A stretch of 64,000 nt of DNA. It comes from Euglena gracilis (Eukaryota). The stretch is from the NCBI GenBank assembly GCA_039621445.1, contig CP154954.1:48835847-48899846 (forward strand), written 5' to 3'. The position numbers were made by a program, and so were the translations under genes. The notes beneath the pieces were generated by a model. It was given only the letters and a program-made list of their open reading frames with translations. It made no database searches and was not told where the DNA came from. Shown one piece after another: positions 1 to 37,006 of this stretch. How positions within the stretch are numbered: position 1 is the stretch's first letter; every line of letters starts with the position of its first letter.

Positions 1-594
1 TCGAGATCGGCCGCTTAAGTCGAAGCACAGATTCATGCATTTTTCTATTGGGTAGATCACTAGATGCATGAATGGATGGATGATGAATGGATGTGTAGAT
101 GGAGAGATAACCTTCCCAAAATAATTTTGCCCCCAAAACCTTTGATCGATGGGCCACGTTTCTCATAAAGCAGTCAAATGGAGATTTTACTGGTAATTAT
201 AAAGTAATTCACTGCTTCTATTCATCGGACAACAAAACGTTGTGGCAATTGGGTTTGATTTTTGTTTGCGCTTACCGCCTCCTGATTTCCGAAAAGATGC
301 ATCATTTTTCATGTTGTCCCTGGTGGGGGGCAACATTATTTGGACGGATCTCTTCGGCCTCCCTCTGCAAAAGTTATTTGGGCATGCAAAGCTTCAGGGC
401 ACTGCAAAGTTATTTGGGGGGTTCAGCTTGGTTGAAAACTGACGGATGGATAGATTGATGGATTGATTTATGAATGGACGGATGGACGGATGGTTCGAGG
501 ACGGACGGAATCGGCCAACGGACGATGGGTGGACGGGAGGAGAGATGAGATATCTCGCCGGGTGGTTGAACCACTGCCATCTTCCCCACAACAG

Positions 595-11202
<10,608 letters not shown>

Positions 11203-11664
11203 CCTCAACCGGCCCCCTCCCCCCCATGCCCGCCGCTCTATATGACCGTCCTTCAAACGTCCACAAGTGCAGTGCAGTGCAGTGCACGGCGTATTGTATT
11301 GTAAAATGGCGACCAGCGGTGGAGGTCCACAAACCAACTTCGTCGGAGGGCAGGCCGAAACACAGTGTCCCAGTAGTAAACATCAAAACGATAAATGGCC
11401 AAGGCATTCCGCATGCTTGGAAGACATTTTGAGCATCTTTTCAATTAACTGTTTTCAGCATTTCAAAGCATTTTTTATTGCTTGGGCATCACGTGCATGG
11501 GCACTGTCTCTGTCCAGGGATGTGTTTGATGACCAACCGATGTGGAGGTCCACCAGAAGAGAAAAGGTGATTTATGTGTTTTATATTCCCCCAGCCAACC
11601 ATTGCTGGAAACGGCGTCACCCCCCACCACGCCGTGTTTCCGTCCAAGCAGAGCAAGCACATTT

Positions 11665-12471
11665 CAGGGGGGGGGGAAATTATGCGGTCCGCATTATTCC
11701 GCATTTTTTTTTCCGCATTTTTCCGCATTTCCGCATTATTATTCCGCATTATCCGCATTTTTTTCCTTTCTCCTTCCGCATTTCAGTTTCCGCATTTATC
11801 GCATTATTACGCATTTCCGCATTTTCGCATATTTACCATTTTTGTAAATTTTTCCGCATTTTTTCCGCATTTTCTCGCATTTTGAAGACCGCCATTTTTT
11901 CTTTTTCACGCATTTTTCTTCCCGCATTTTTACTCTTCCGCATTTTTTCCCGCATGTAATTTCCGCCATTATCCTCCTCCCCGTGCCCAGTTTTCCGCAT
12001 TTTTTCCGCATAATTATTAACTGCATCTTTAGCATAATTTCCACATTTTTCCGCATAATTTCCGCATTTTTTGTGAATTTTTTACATTTCAGGTCAACTA
12101 CAAGGTTCATTGTTTCCCCAATATGTTGGAGCACAAGTGCTCGTCTTTTCATCTCTCTGTTTTATGCATAATTTGTGCTTTGTTTTTCCATTGCATTTTG
12201 GTGACTTCTGGCAAGCTTGGGCATCGGCGATGGGAATCAAATAGCATCGGGACCCTGCATATTGTGAGGTAGAAATATATCTATCCTCTCCATGTGACCT
12301 GGGACTCCACAGAATTTCGGCATATTTTCCGCATTTTCCGCATTTTTCCGCATATTTTCCGCATTTTTTTCCCGCATAATTTCCGCATAATTTCCGCATT
12401 TTCCCGCATTTTTCCGCATAATTTCTGCATTTTTTCCCCGCCTGCCAGACCGCATAATTTCCCCCCCCCTG
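11665..12471. mobile_element. Non-autonomous hAT-like element, family 1 (internal-deletion relative of 49181-50564)
   Basis: TIR caggggggggggaaattatgcggtc ... gaccgcataatttccccccccctg; TTCCGCAT arrays; flanks cacattt/cccattt; empty site in copy 2 at ~36145. Confidence 0.92.
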
Positions 12472-13271
12472 CCCATTTCCAGCAATGCCCGCGAGGACTG
12501 TTACCACCATTCTGTTTGCCGCGTGGCCCCACGTTGCAATCCGAGTGCCACCCTGCCGAATCGAGCTCAGGCTTCTTTTTCCGGAACATCGCACCCCCAG
12601 GCTCAGCCAGGTGGGTTGTCGCCAGCCCAGGGACTGGCTGCCCCCCCCCCCCCACCTGGGAGACGGGGTCAGACCTTCAAATGCGACGCCCTGATTGCGG
12701 CCCATGCAAATCTCTTTTTAAAATGGCCACTTTCAGGAAAAGGCATCAGGGGTCGACTATTGCACTTTTTTGCACATTCTTGCAGTGTAGATTTTTTGCA
12801 CCCGGTTCGACCCGGGTCGGACCTGGTTCCAGCCCTGGATCCCCCTTGGGGGGAGGGCAGCCAGCAGCCTTTTTCCAGCCACGCCAAATTTTCCAGCCTT
12901 TGAACAGGACCCCCCCCCCCGGGCCTTGAATAACGCCCTGGTCGACCCAGGCCGTCCCTGCTGAGGGGGAGGGGGGGAGTTCCTTGCTTTGCGGACACCC
13001 AAGCGCAGAAGACGTCGCGGGTTGCAAAAAGATGTTTGACCGAGCTCCCGACAGTTATGACATTCTTCGCCATAACGCTACGCAACGGCTGGCAGGAGTA
13101 TGTCTGCACTGAGTGCAACCTCTTGGTATGTAATACGTTGAATGTATTGAGTTCCATTTGTTTTCTCTGAGTGTGTGTTTTATTTTTATTCATTTTATTG
13201 TGTTTTTCTGAGTGGAAATGTGTGTGAATGTTGTGTTGTGTGTGGGTGTGTATGCCATCTTTTGTACGTCT

Positions 13272-13373
<102 letters not shown>

Positions 13374-13491
13374 TGTGTGTGTGTCTGTGTGGAATAACAC
13401 GTTGCACCCAGCGAAACTCCAGCCATTGGTGGTCCTGACAGCCATCTGTGGCAGTTTTTCTGGCATTTGGCCAAGTACTCTCAACGCTCAC

Positions 13492-13883
13492 CACCAGGGG
13501 GTTCTGGAGCTGGAGGGGACCCCCGGGGGAGGTCCAGCCAGCCAGCAGCCCCAGCCCGATGCGAACCTCCCCGGGGCAGGGTTCGTTGAAATAAAGTTGG
13601 GGCCAGCCCCGCGAAACCGGGCTCGACCGAAAGCAAAACAATTTGGGAAATTTAGAAAAAAAAACAAATTGGCATTTTCGAGGATTTTTGTCGGGGGGTT
13701 TGTCACCTCAAAATTTTTGCTGAAACGTCCTAAGCCAGTTGGTTTTGGCTCTTTTTTGCCTGTTTTCGGGCACGAGCTGGAAACGATATGAGCTCAGTGT
13801 CTCTCCCTCTCCTTGGACCCCACCCACTTTTCCAGTTGGCTGGCTGGATGCCCCCCGGGGTCTTCAACAAAACCCTTGCTGAA
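13492..13883 (+). other. Putative non-conventional intron made from a repeat element (copy 37125-37523)
   Basis: CAG at +4..6 (cagggggtt) and TTG at -8..-6 (aacccttg). Removal joins ...LAKYSQRS-P-LAANLLLDLSGLHID in frame. Contains the dispersed gaaataaagttgggccagcc motif. Confidence 0.55.
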
Positions 13884-15803
13884 CCCTGGCCGCTAATCTT
13901 CTCCTGGATCTCTCCGGCCTCCATATCGATCCAACTTCTGCCCCTTCCCCCGGCATGTCCTCTTGCAGTCGTGGAGAGCTGCATCCCTGCAAGTGCATGT
14001 CGGTGAGCACAGACGTGCTTTAATGACGTTCTTTTTTTTTTAACACCAACATTCTGTTGGTAGCATAGGCTCTCAGTTTGTGAACTCTTCGGAGGGCCTC
14101 TGTTGTCAGAACCGGGGTACGTGTAACCCCTTGACGACCTCCAACAGGAAACGGCGGCCGAATGGTGGTGCTTTATTTTTTAAATGTGACCTTAGCAGAA
14201 TGGGTGAAATGAAGGGAAATGGTGGACGTGGGCTCTCCTTTGCATTAACATTGGCCCACCGAAGCAGAGATGCCTGATACAAGGATACCAGCGCCAGGAA
14301 TGGGATGCTTTGGGGATGTCAAGAAAAGTCACCTCCCTCCCGCCTCACACCAATGGATGAGGATGTGTCTGTTGCTGTATTCACTCATACTGGATTTCCG
14401 TTTGTGTGCGTGCGCGCAATTTGTTTTTGAAAAACGCGTCCTCATTTTTTTTTGTATTGTTTCGACCCCAAAATATTTCGTTGACATCCAAAAATCAAAG
14501 AAAAACTTTGCTTTTACCGCCCAGAACGCCTGAACTCGCGGATGTATGAAAGAAGACCAAAAAAATATTTCGAAAGAAACACGCGCAAACACGCACACAC
14601 ACGCGTGCACGTTGCAAACATACACACTGTGGTAGCAAGGTAGCAAGAAGGAGTAAATATTTGGACGAAATCCACAGGCATTGGCTCATGTCCTTCGACC
14701 CACAAGGTGAAGTTCACGTTGCATTGTTGCATTCTCGCAGTGAAATCCCCTCTGCTTCGTTGATGCAAGATGTCGAAACCAAAGAGCCCACAAACATTGG
14801 GCATGACCTTTCGACTCCGCCGTCGGCTCTGCACAAGGACAAACGTTGGGTCAGCTTTCTTCCAAATGGCACTCCAAATCTCATACTCTCGCCGAATTGC
14901 GCCCACATGTTGGTCCAGGGCTGAAGGCGAATCCTCGAAACCCCATGTGTGTGGGTGGGGGGGGGTCGACCCCCCCACACTCATTCTGGTGGGTGGGGGG
15001 GGGGTCCGACCCCCACCAGGCCTTCCCTACAGCCTTGTGTCACCCCCAAATTGTCTCCAGCGGTGTGAACGTTCCCCCCCCTCTTTGGCCAGTCCACAGG
15101 GCCTCCACACCGCCTCCAGAGGTGGCCCCCCTGTCTCGTTGGCCTTGCCGCCAGCACCCGATGCCAAGTCGCTGGCAGAACCGCTTGCCCGCGGCCCTGC
15201 AAAGGTTCTGTGGTGTCGCACGCTGGCCGGGGCCGGGAGTGCCAGTCACAGTGTCTCCATGGAAGGCCAGTGGGGCTGTGCTGGGTCACCCCTTGGTTGC
15301 ACTGAGGCTTCTGGCTTGTTTATGGCGCGCGACCTCCGGTTCTGGCCCAATGTGCTGTGTGGCGAGTGGCCGGGGACCCCATATATCAGTGCTCCTTTTG
15401 TTGCTCCGCCTGGCTGGGTGAGCAACTCTGGTGTAAATTCCAGCGCTATAGGGATGTACACCCACCTTGTGTGGTTGGTGTGGTCCCCGTGGGTGGGTCC
15501 ACACCCTTGCTGCCCCAGTGCTGCACTTGCCTCCTGCCCTCTTCCCACTTTTCTGTGCGGGGACTTGAAAGTTCCACTGTCCTCAGGGTCCTGCAGCTTC
15601 AGTAAACCTGGTTCACCAAGCCTTGGCCTCAGGGCGGGTGGCAGGTGGGTGGTGTGCTGCTAGGTACGCAGTTCCCTGGCATCCCTGGGGGGGGGGGGAC
15701 TGAAATTTTTTTCTGGCCACGCCGAAGATTGGCCTGATTTTCAATTTCGTTGGGAAGAATATGTGCAAAGGCTTTCTAGAGTCCAACCGACGACCAAGAA
15801 CTC

Positions 15804-16745
15804 TTGTCACTTTTGATTTCCTCCGTAAATGAAACCGATGGAGACCGTTTGAGGCTCCTAAGGGGGACGGTAATGATCACAAATTTTCAACAGGCCTGGG
15901 ATTTGTTGGAAAAAGAAAATTCCAGTGGGGCAGGAAATTGTGCGAGGCAAAAATTTGAAGAAATTCGCCTCAAGTACAAAAACGACCTGACTGAGGAGGA
16001 TTGGAAACGTTTTGAGACAGATTTTCTCATGTTGCAAAATTTTGCAAAAGATGTGACCGACGCCGACACATATCGGGTTTTAAGACGGGAAATTCCCAAA
16101 TTTTACAACGAGAGAATTGTCAGGGAACAAGAAAGGGGAGTTGATTTGAACGTGGTGGAGGTAAGAAATTTGCACTTGGTGGATCCCCACCAAAGTGCAA
16201 GGGGTTTTGGTGAGTGCATTGGAGGGATGGATCCACGTTACATTTTGTCTCCGTGATGTTTTTTGGGACCATTTTGAGGTGACGGTTGGGTCGGTAAGGG
16301 ACAAAAACTTGCTTCTTTCACTCAATGGACGAAATGTGTCAAACGGACAAAAATTGCAAGTTTCCTCCAAAGAATTTCAACTTCCCCCCACAGAAATCAT
16401 GGGAATGATGCACAAATGGCTCATGCAAAAGGAGCAAGCCGTTGAATTTAAATGGCATAGTGCCCCCCCCCCCCCGGAACGGAATCAAACCCCCCAATGG
16501 ATGAGGGTGACAGAAGTTTCCACAGAATCGGAAAATGAGAATTTTTCTCAAAATTCTCAAACAAAAAAGGAGGGGGGGACACATCAAAGTTTTTGAATCA
16601 CCCCGTTTCCATTCAAAATATGGAAGAAGCACCACTCCCTACCCCACCCCCACAACAAAAATCAATGAAGGTGTAATCAGAGCACTGTGCGAACGTTGTA
16701 GTAAGATGGGGCATATTGCCGCCAAGTGTTGGGCAAAATTGCCGG
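15804..16745 (+). mobile_element. Degenerate gag/ORF1-like retroelement remnant (copy ~39443-40895, split by a MITE)
   Basis: AT-rich intron-less frameshifted ORFs (15804-16256, 16195-16596) followed by CERCSKMGHIAAKC (CX2CX4HX4C). Codon style differs from host exons. No RT seen. Confidence 0.55.
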
Positions 16746-17357
16746 ATGCAAATCAAGGCCTTTGGGGTTGGGTTGCTGGGGGGGGTGGGCTCCCACCAGG
16801 CCGCCCCCCTGTGTGGGTCCCCTCAACACCCGGTGGGACGTTGACTTCCCTCGGTGGGTCAATAGCCGTGGCTGGGGGGCGTCGCAGGGCTGCGGTCCGC
16901 TGCCCCACAGAGCCAGGACCCGGCGCAGGACCTGAGAGGGCGGAAGAGGCGACGGGGCGAGGACAACGATGGGGCAGAGGAGGGGGAGGAGGAGGAGGAG
17001 GGCTGCCGGCCACTGAAGAAGTACACGGACGGCTTTTTTTGCCAGGGAAGAGCATTCTGGCATTTGGGGGGAGGGTTTTCTGGGTCCTTTCTGGATTGGC
17101 TCACCCCGGCAACTGAAGGCACTGATTGGGTTGACTAATAGGCTTGTGTGTTTTTCCCCCCTGAATGGGAGGCATTTTGACCGGGGCTGGATCTGAAAAA
17201 GAAGCCTGTCTGCCACCCATTTCCTGTGCACAGGTCAGAGCTGTCTGTGCGGCCATCCGTCCCCGCAGTACCCAACAGTGTGGCCGGCGATGGGAAGCAG
17301 TCGCCGGGGGTCGTCTCGGGGCCGCAGTCCGCTGCCCCACAGAGCCAGGACATGGCA

Positions 17358-19343
17358 GAGCAGGGGTTTTCTTCAGACGGCGGTGACCCTGCCCCCTGCT
17401 GGGGAGGTCCAGCCAGCCAGAGCTGGCTGGACTTTTTTTTCCCAATCCCATCCGGGCTGCAGACAGTGACTAGACCAGTGACTATTGACGTCTGGTTGCG
17501 AAGTGCAGAAAAGTGTTTCTTCTTTTAAAGCCCAAGACTGCAAAAAACCAAGCCAATAATTGCAGCAGACCGAGGAATTTTTTTTGTGGTGAACCTCGCT
17601 GTCTCCCACTGGGTTTGGCTTAATTTTGAGCCTATTTTCGGCGTGAAGTGCCAGAAGATTTTTAACCTTGAAAAGTGGGTTCCCTGGTCTTAAACAAAAC
17701 AAGCAAAACAGCCCCACACCAGACCCTGCCCACAGCACAAAACCCAGTGCCCAAAGAACAAAGAACCAAAGAAGAAGGCAGCCCAACCCAAAGGTGGCAA
17801 AAACCCAACACACAAATCCCAACACCCAGTGCACAGCAAAAAACAAACAAACCCAATCTCGTTGACAAACCGCCAAAATGAAAAACTCTGATGATGAAAA
17901 ACCCACAAATCCCAGAAACGGCAGCCAAAACCCGAGATAGAAACACGTCAAACCTCAAATAGAAAGACACCACAGGTGAGAACACGGCCCCCAAACCCCA
18001 CAAATTGAAAACAAATTTCACCAGTCACAGAAACCGTCCAAAGCAGAGCTGTCCCATGCAAAGCCCACCAACTCAACCCCCAGATGGCAGTCAAATGAAC
18101 CCCCCTCCCAAATAATCTGGCGGGGCCCTTGCTCCTGGCAGTGGCCGAATAACTTGGCGGGGGAGGGGCAAAAAAGATGGTTCCAGTAACTTGGCACCCC
18201 CTTTTTTAGGCAAAATTCTTTTACGACGTTGAAAAAAGGGCCCAAATAACCTGGCGGGGGGCAGGGTCAAAAGTTGGTTCCAATAACCTGGCACCTCCGC
18301 CAGGTTATTTGGGGGGGGGGGGGCTAAATCCTGAGGACAGCACAAAAAAAAAACCAAGATGACGCTCAAAAACCACTCAACCCCCGAAAAACCCAGAAGA
18401 CAACAGATGTGTGAGACTGGGGGGGTGGCTGTCACAGTTGCCAATCTTGCAAGCAGAGATAGTCACCAGAGACAAGTGGAAACAAAAGGAGGAGGAAACA
18501 ACACAGGAAGAAAAGTGGCAGTTAACAATGGCTGGCCACTGGACACAAGCTCACAGGCTTGTGTTGCCAGTCTGGACAGCTCCCAGTGCTCTCAGTGAGC
18601 CCAAACGATTCAAACCAAATCACCTGCACCAGCAGGGCTTGTGAACAACCTTCTGTTGCTGAGTCAATCTGGAGATGCAACAGAGTGTGATTTTGATTCC
18701 ACCAGTGTGCACAGGTGACCGAACATTAGCAAATGTGACAGAAGAGAAAAAAGGGAAAGGAACCAATTAGGATTTTCCTTAGCTGCGAACTTTTTTGCAA
18801 GTTTAAGACTAACCTAGCTCTCCATCCGTCCAGACCAAAGGAATTTCGTCCGCCGTCTATCTACATCAAAGGAATTTCTTCCAGCTGGCCGTCCGTCCGT
18901 CCGTCCGTCTGTCTGCCGGTCTGCACAGTTCCGTAGCAGAACCAAGGTGTGGAAACAAGGCGACTGGCAAAAAAATCACAGACACCTGTAACCTGACACC
19001 GGGAACCTGTGAGCGTAAAATGTTTCAGAGGCACCCATGACCTTTCACACTGGAGGGGGATAACTTTGGGGTTTACCCCTTTTTGCCTCTATCACCTTCG
19101 CCCCCCCCCCCCCGCCGCCGGCCCAGTGGTCCGCTGAAATAAAGTTGGGCCAGCCAGGGAAGCTGGGCTGGACTGAAATATTTGGTCCAGTGCCAAGATT
19201 TTTTTTTGAAAAAAGGCTCCTCCCTGCAAACTGCAAAGAAGCCCCCCCCCCCCCCCCACCCCCCCCCCCCCGGAACCCCACCCCCCCCCCCCCCCCCCCG
19301 CGGAAACCCCGCGGGGGAGGTCTTTAAGAAAACCCCTGCGGCG
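17358..19343 (+). other. Non-conventional intron coinciding with a TIR transposon (element 17361-19338)
   Basis: 13-bp perfect TIR caggggttttctt/aagaaaacccctg; flanks tggcagag/cggcggag; CAG at +4..6 and CTG at -8..-6; splicing gives SQDMA|EDLRGRKRRR. Confidence 0.8.
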
Positions 19344-20267
19344 GAGGACCTGAGAGGGCGGAAGAGACGACGGGGCGAAGACAATGATGGGGCAGAAGAG
19401 GATGAGGAGGAGGAGGAGGGCTGCCCGCCACTGAAGAAGTACACAGACGGCTTTTTTTTGCCAGGGAGGAACATTCTGGCATTTGGGGGGTGGTTTTCGG
19501 GGTCCTTTCTGGATTGGCGCACCCTGGCAAATTAATTGACTGATTGGGTTGAATGACAGTTTCTTTTTTTTAATGCGAGGTACACTCGTTGGGGCTGGTT
19601 CTTAAAATGAATCCTGTTTGCCACCCATTCTTTGTGCACAGGTCAGAGCTGTCTGTGCGGCCATCTGTCCCTGCTGTACCCAACAATGTGGCTGGCGATG
19701 CGACGTGCGTTCCAGAGCTCACTACGACAGACATCCAGCCCTGGTCACCGAGCGCTGCCGCCCCCGTCCAATAACAGAAGTTGCGAAATCCAGACCCTTC
19801 AGGAGCGTTTTTCAAACAAAAACTCTGCTCTGAGTATTGAGTACTGAGTACTGAGCTCCGACTAAGCAAAAGCCTGGCCAGGATCGACCCTCGGTGGGGT
19901 GCGATTGACAGGTGCGCCATGGCACAAAACACCCCCAAGGTCTTTCAAAAGAAGCCTGGAGATGCCGTGCGAGGAGCAGGCACCCCATAGCACCCCATCC
20001 GCCCCCCCCCCCCCGGGGGGGGGTTGGGTTTTTGGGTGCCTGCCCATACCAGGCACCCCCTCTGACCCCGGCGCCAAAGGCACCGGGGGCCTGGAAAAGG
20101 CCATTTTCAATGAAACTTTTCTTGGTTCCCCCGGACCCCTCCCCCCCCGGGGGTGTGCCTGCTGCTAGGGGCAGGCACCCTATAGCACCTACCCCCCCCT
20201 CCCCCCCGGTCAGTAAGCACAAGCCTGGTATTGGCTTTACAACTTTCCTCATAAACGGAAATTTTCT

Positions 20268-20309
<42 letters not shown>

Positions 20310-21081
20310 ACACACACCATGAATGCAGTCCAGTGCTGCCACCGGCACAGGTCCGTCGCAGCCACCCACGCAGGACGCTTCCCTTGGGCAGCTGCACCCG
20401 CCCCAGAGGGCGGGTGCTGTTGGTGCTTCTTGACCGCGCACTTTTGCTTCTTTTCTGTTCCATTGTGAGCTGATTTGTGGCAAAGCGAACAAAGCAGAAT
20501 TAAACTTTTTTCAAGTGGAAATAAGCGTACAGATTGACTCCAACACCATCGCATGTTGCTCTCTGTTGGGTGGCATGAACAGGAACTTGTCGCACAGAGC
20601 TTTCACGCGCGTGTCTCCTGTGTATCCAATGCCATACGGCAGTCGCCTATTCCAGCCTGCCACCCCCTCATACGGCAGTCGCCTATTCCAGCGCTGCCAC
20701 CCCCTGGCGGATAGACACACCGGGAGATGGAACTGAGCATAATGGAGCTACATAGCCGTTGAAACAAAGCGATGGGGACCGATTTGGGTGTGTTCCAGGG
20801 TTTCCAGGGTTATGCCATACTCCAGGGTTGAGTGCGGCTGGGGCCAACGACCAGGCGGGAGACCGGCCCCACGGCCGTCCAAGGCACCTCAACCCCGGTG
20901 GCCTCCTCTGCTACAACTGTTGGTCCCGGACCCACATGGTGGACCACTGCCCCCACCCAGCCAGGCCGCAGCCTGTGTGATCGCGAGCCAGGCCATGGCT
21001 CGCGGAGTCACTGACTCCTGCTTTCCGTGCTGTTTTTTTTATTTATCACCAGTGTCACCTTGTGTGTGTGTGTGTGTGTGG

Positions 21082-21114
<33 letters not shown>

Positions 21115-21213
21115 CATGTGTGTGTGTGTATGTGTGTGTGTGTGTATGTGTGTGTGTGTGGCATGTGTGTGTGTGTGTGTGTGTGGCATGTGTGTGTGTG
21201 TGTGTGTGTGTGG

Positions 21214-21286
<73 letters not shown>

Positions 21287-22265
21287 CATGTGTGTGTGTG
21301 TGTGTGTATGTGTGTGTGTGTGTGTGTGTGCGTGTGTGTCACCCGTGTGTTTTAAACGACATCACGTTGATTTGCATCTACGTCTGGATAAGGTGGGGAT
21401 GCAGTGGGGTGGTTGCGTCATTAGCGTTGCAGTTTGACTTGAACGAGAAGTTTGCACAACTTTGTCCCTTATCTTTCTGGGGGCTGCAGCCTGTTTCCAC
21501 TATTTTGCAGCAAATGTGGAGGCGATAACCACACTGCACAGGTGCAACCAAGTCCTTCTAAAGGAAAGAGGCATTCATCCCCCACAGATGAGACCCTAAC
21601 CCTAACCTAACCGGTTGACTTTTGGGTTCCATCAATTCAGTCTGGCTGATTTTTTTTCTGAATGGGAGTGTTCAAAAAAAGGATGATCACGCCGCAGGTC
21701 GCAATTATATGCCCCCCCCCCCCAGGGGTTCCATACAGTTGGGTCAGGGGGGGGGGTCCAAATTTTTTTTTTGCATTATTGATGGAATAGGGCTAGGGTT
21801 AGGAGTTCGGCCTCGGCCTCCTGACCCTACTCCCGACCCCCTGATCCAACGATGTCCCCCCCCCCCGATCAAAATTGGTTTCTCTCGGTAATTTGAAAAT
21901 TGTTCCGGTGGAACTGCAGTCCAGATAATGAGTTCATTGAACCTCTCCGGATTTGTCTTTGTCACTATTTTAGTGTTGGTTCATTTTTTTTTTGAGCGGC
22001 AGGAGTAGGGTAAAGGGCAGGAGACTTTCCAATTCATTTTGATTTAGTCAGTTGCATACATTTCTAATTAGGCATGAATCAGGCGTTGAAGTTTCATTTT
22101 TTGAGGTCTAAACCCAACCTCATTCCTAACTTAACCAGGTTTTGAATAGTGCTGAGCTCTTAATGGGACATGCACAAAATGGAAGGCAAAAAGAACAGCA
22201 TTACAAATATCACGCAATTCATAATATACAAACTACACGCTTGCAATTTACGGTGACTTTCAGTG

Positions 22266-35686
<13,421 letters not shown>

Positions 35687-36763
35687 CCTCAACCGGCCCC
35701 TCCCTCCCCCCTGCCCGCCGCTCTGTATGACCGTCCTTCAAACGTCCACAAGTGCAGTGCAGTGCAGTGCACGGCGTATTGTATTGTAAAATGGCGACCA
35801 GCGGTGGAGGTCCACAAACCAACTTCGTCGGAGGGCAGGCCGAAACACAGTGTCCCAGTAGTAAACATTAAAACGATAAATGGCCAAGGCATTCCGCATG
35901 CTTGGAAGACATTTTGAGCATCTTTTCAATTAACTGTTTTCAGCATTTCAAAGCATTTTTTATTGCTTGGGCATCACGTGCATGGGCACTGTCTCTGTCC
36001 AGGGATGTGTTTGATGACCAACCGATGTGGAGGTCCACCAGAAGAGAAAAGGTGATTTATGTGTTTATATTCCCCCAGCCAACCATTGCTGGAAACGGCG
36101 TCACCCCCCACCACGCCGTGTTTCCGTCCAAGCAGAGCAAGCACCCCATTTCCAGCAATGCCCGCGAGGATTGTTACCACCATTCTGTTTGCCGCGTGGC
36201 CCCACGTTGCAATCCGAGTGCCACCCTGCCGAATCGAGCTCAGGCTTCTTTTTCCGGAACATCGCACCCCCAGGCTCAGCCAGGTGGGTCGTCGCCAGCC
36301 CAGAGACTGGCTCCCCCCCCCCCACCTGGGAGACGGGGTCAGATCTTCAAATGCGACGCCCTGATTGCGGCCCAGGCAAATCTCTTTTTAAAATGCCCAC
36401 TTCCAGGAAAGGGCATCAGGGGGCGACTATTGCACTTTTTTGCACATTCTTGCGGTGTAGATTTTTTGCACCCGGTTCGACCCGGGTCGGACCTGGTTCC
36501 AGCCCTGGAACCCCCTTGGGGGGAGGGCAGCCAGCAGCCTTTTTCCAGCCACGCCAAATTTTCCAGCCTTTGAACAGGACCCCCCCCCCCGGCCTTGAAT
36601 AACGCCCTGGTCGACCCAGGCCGTCCCTGCTGAGGGGGAGGGGGGGGGTTCCTTGCTTTGCGGACACCCAAGCGCAGAAGACGTCGAGGGTTGCAAAAAG
36701 ATGTTTGACCGAGCTCCCGACAGTTATGACATTCTTCGCCATAACGCAACGGCTGGCAGGAGT

Positions 36764-36934
36764 ATGTCTGCACTGAGCGCAACCTCTTGGTATGTAATAT
36801 GTTGAATGTATCGAGTTCCATTTGTTTTCTCTGAGTGTGTGTTTTATTTCTATTCATTTTATTGTGTTTTGCTGAGTGGAATGTGTGTGAGTGTTGTGTT
36901 GTGTGTGGGTGTGTATGCCATCCTTTGTACGTCT

Positions 36935-37006
<72 letters not shown>

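Noticed and set aside
13160-13215. tttctctgagtgtg...tatttt resembling the euglenid spliced-leader exon
   Set aside because: Only a loose match in T-rich intron sequence, with no adjacent donor or SL RNA structure.
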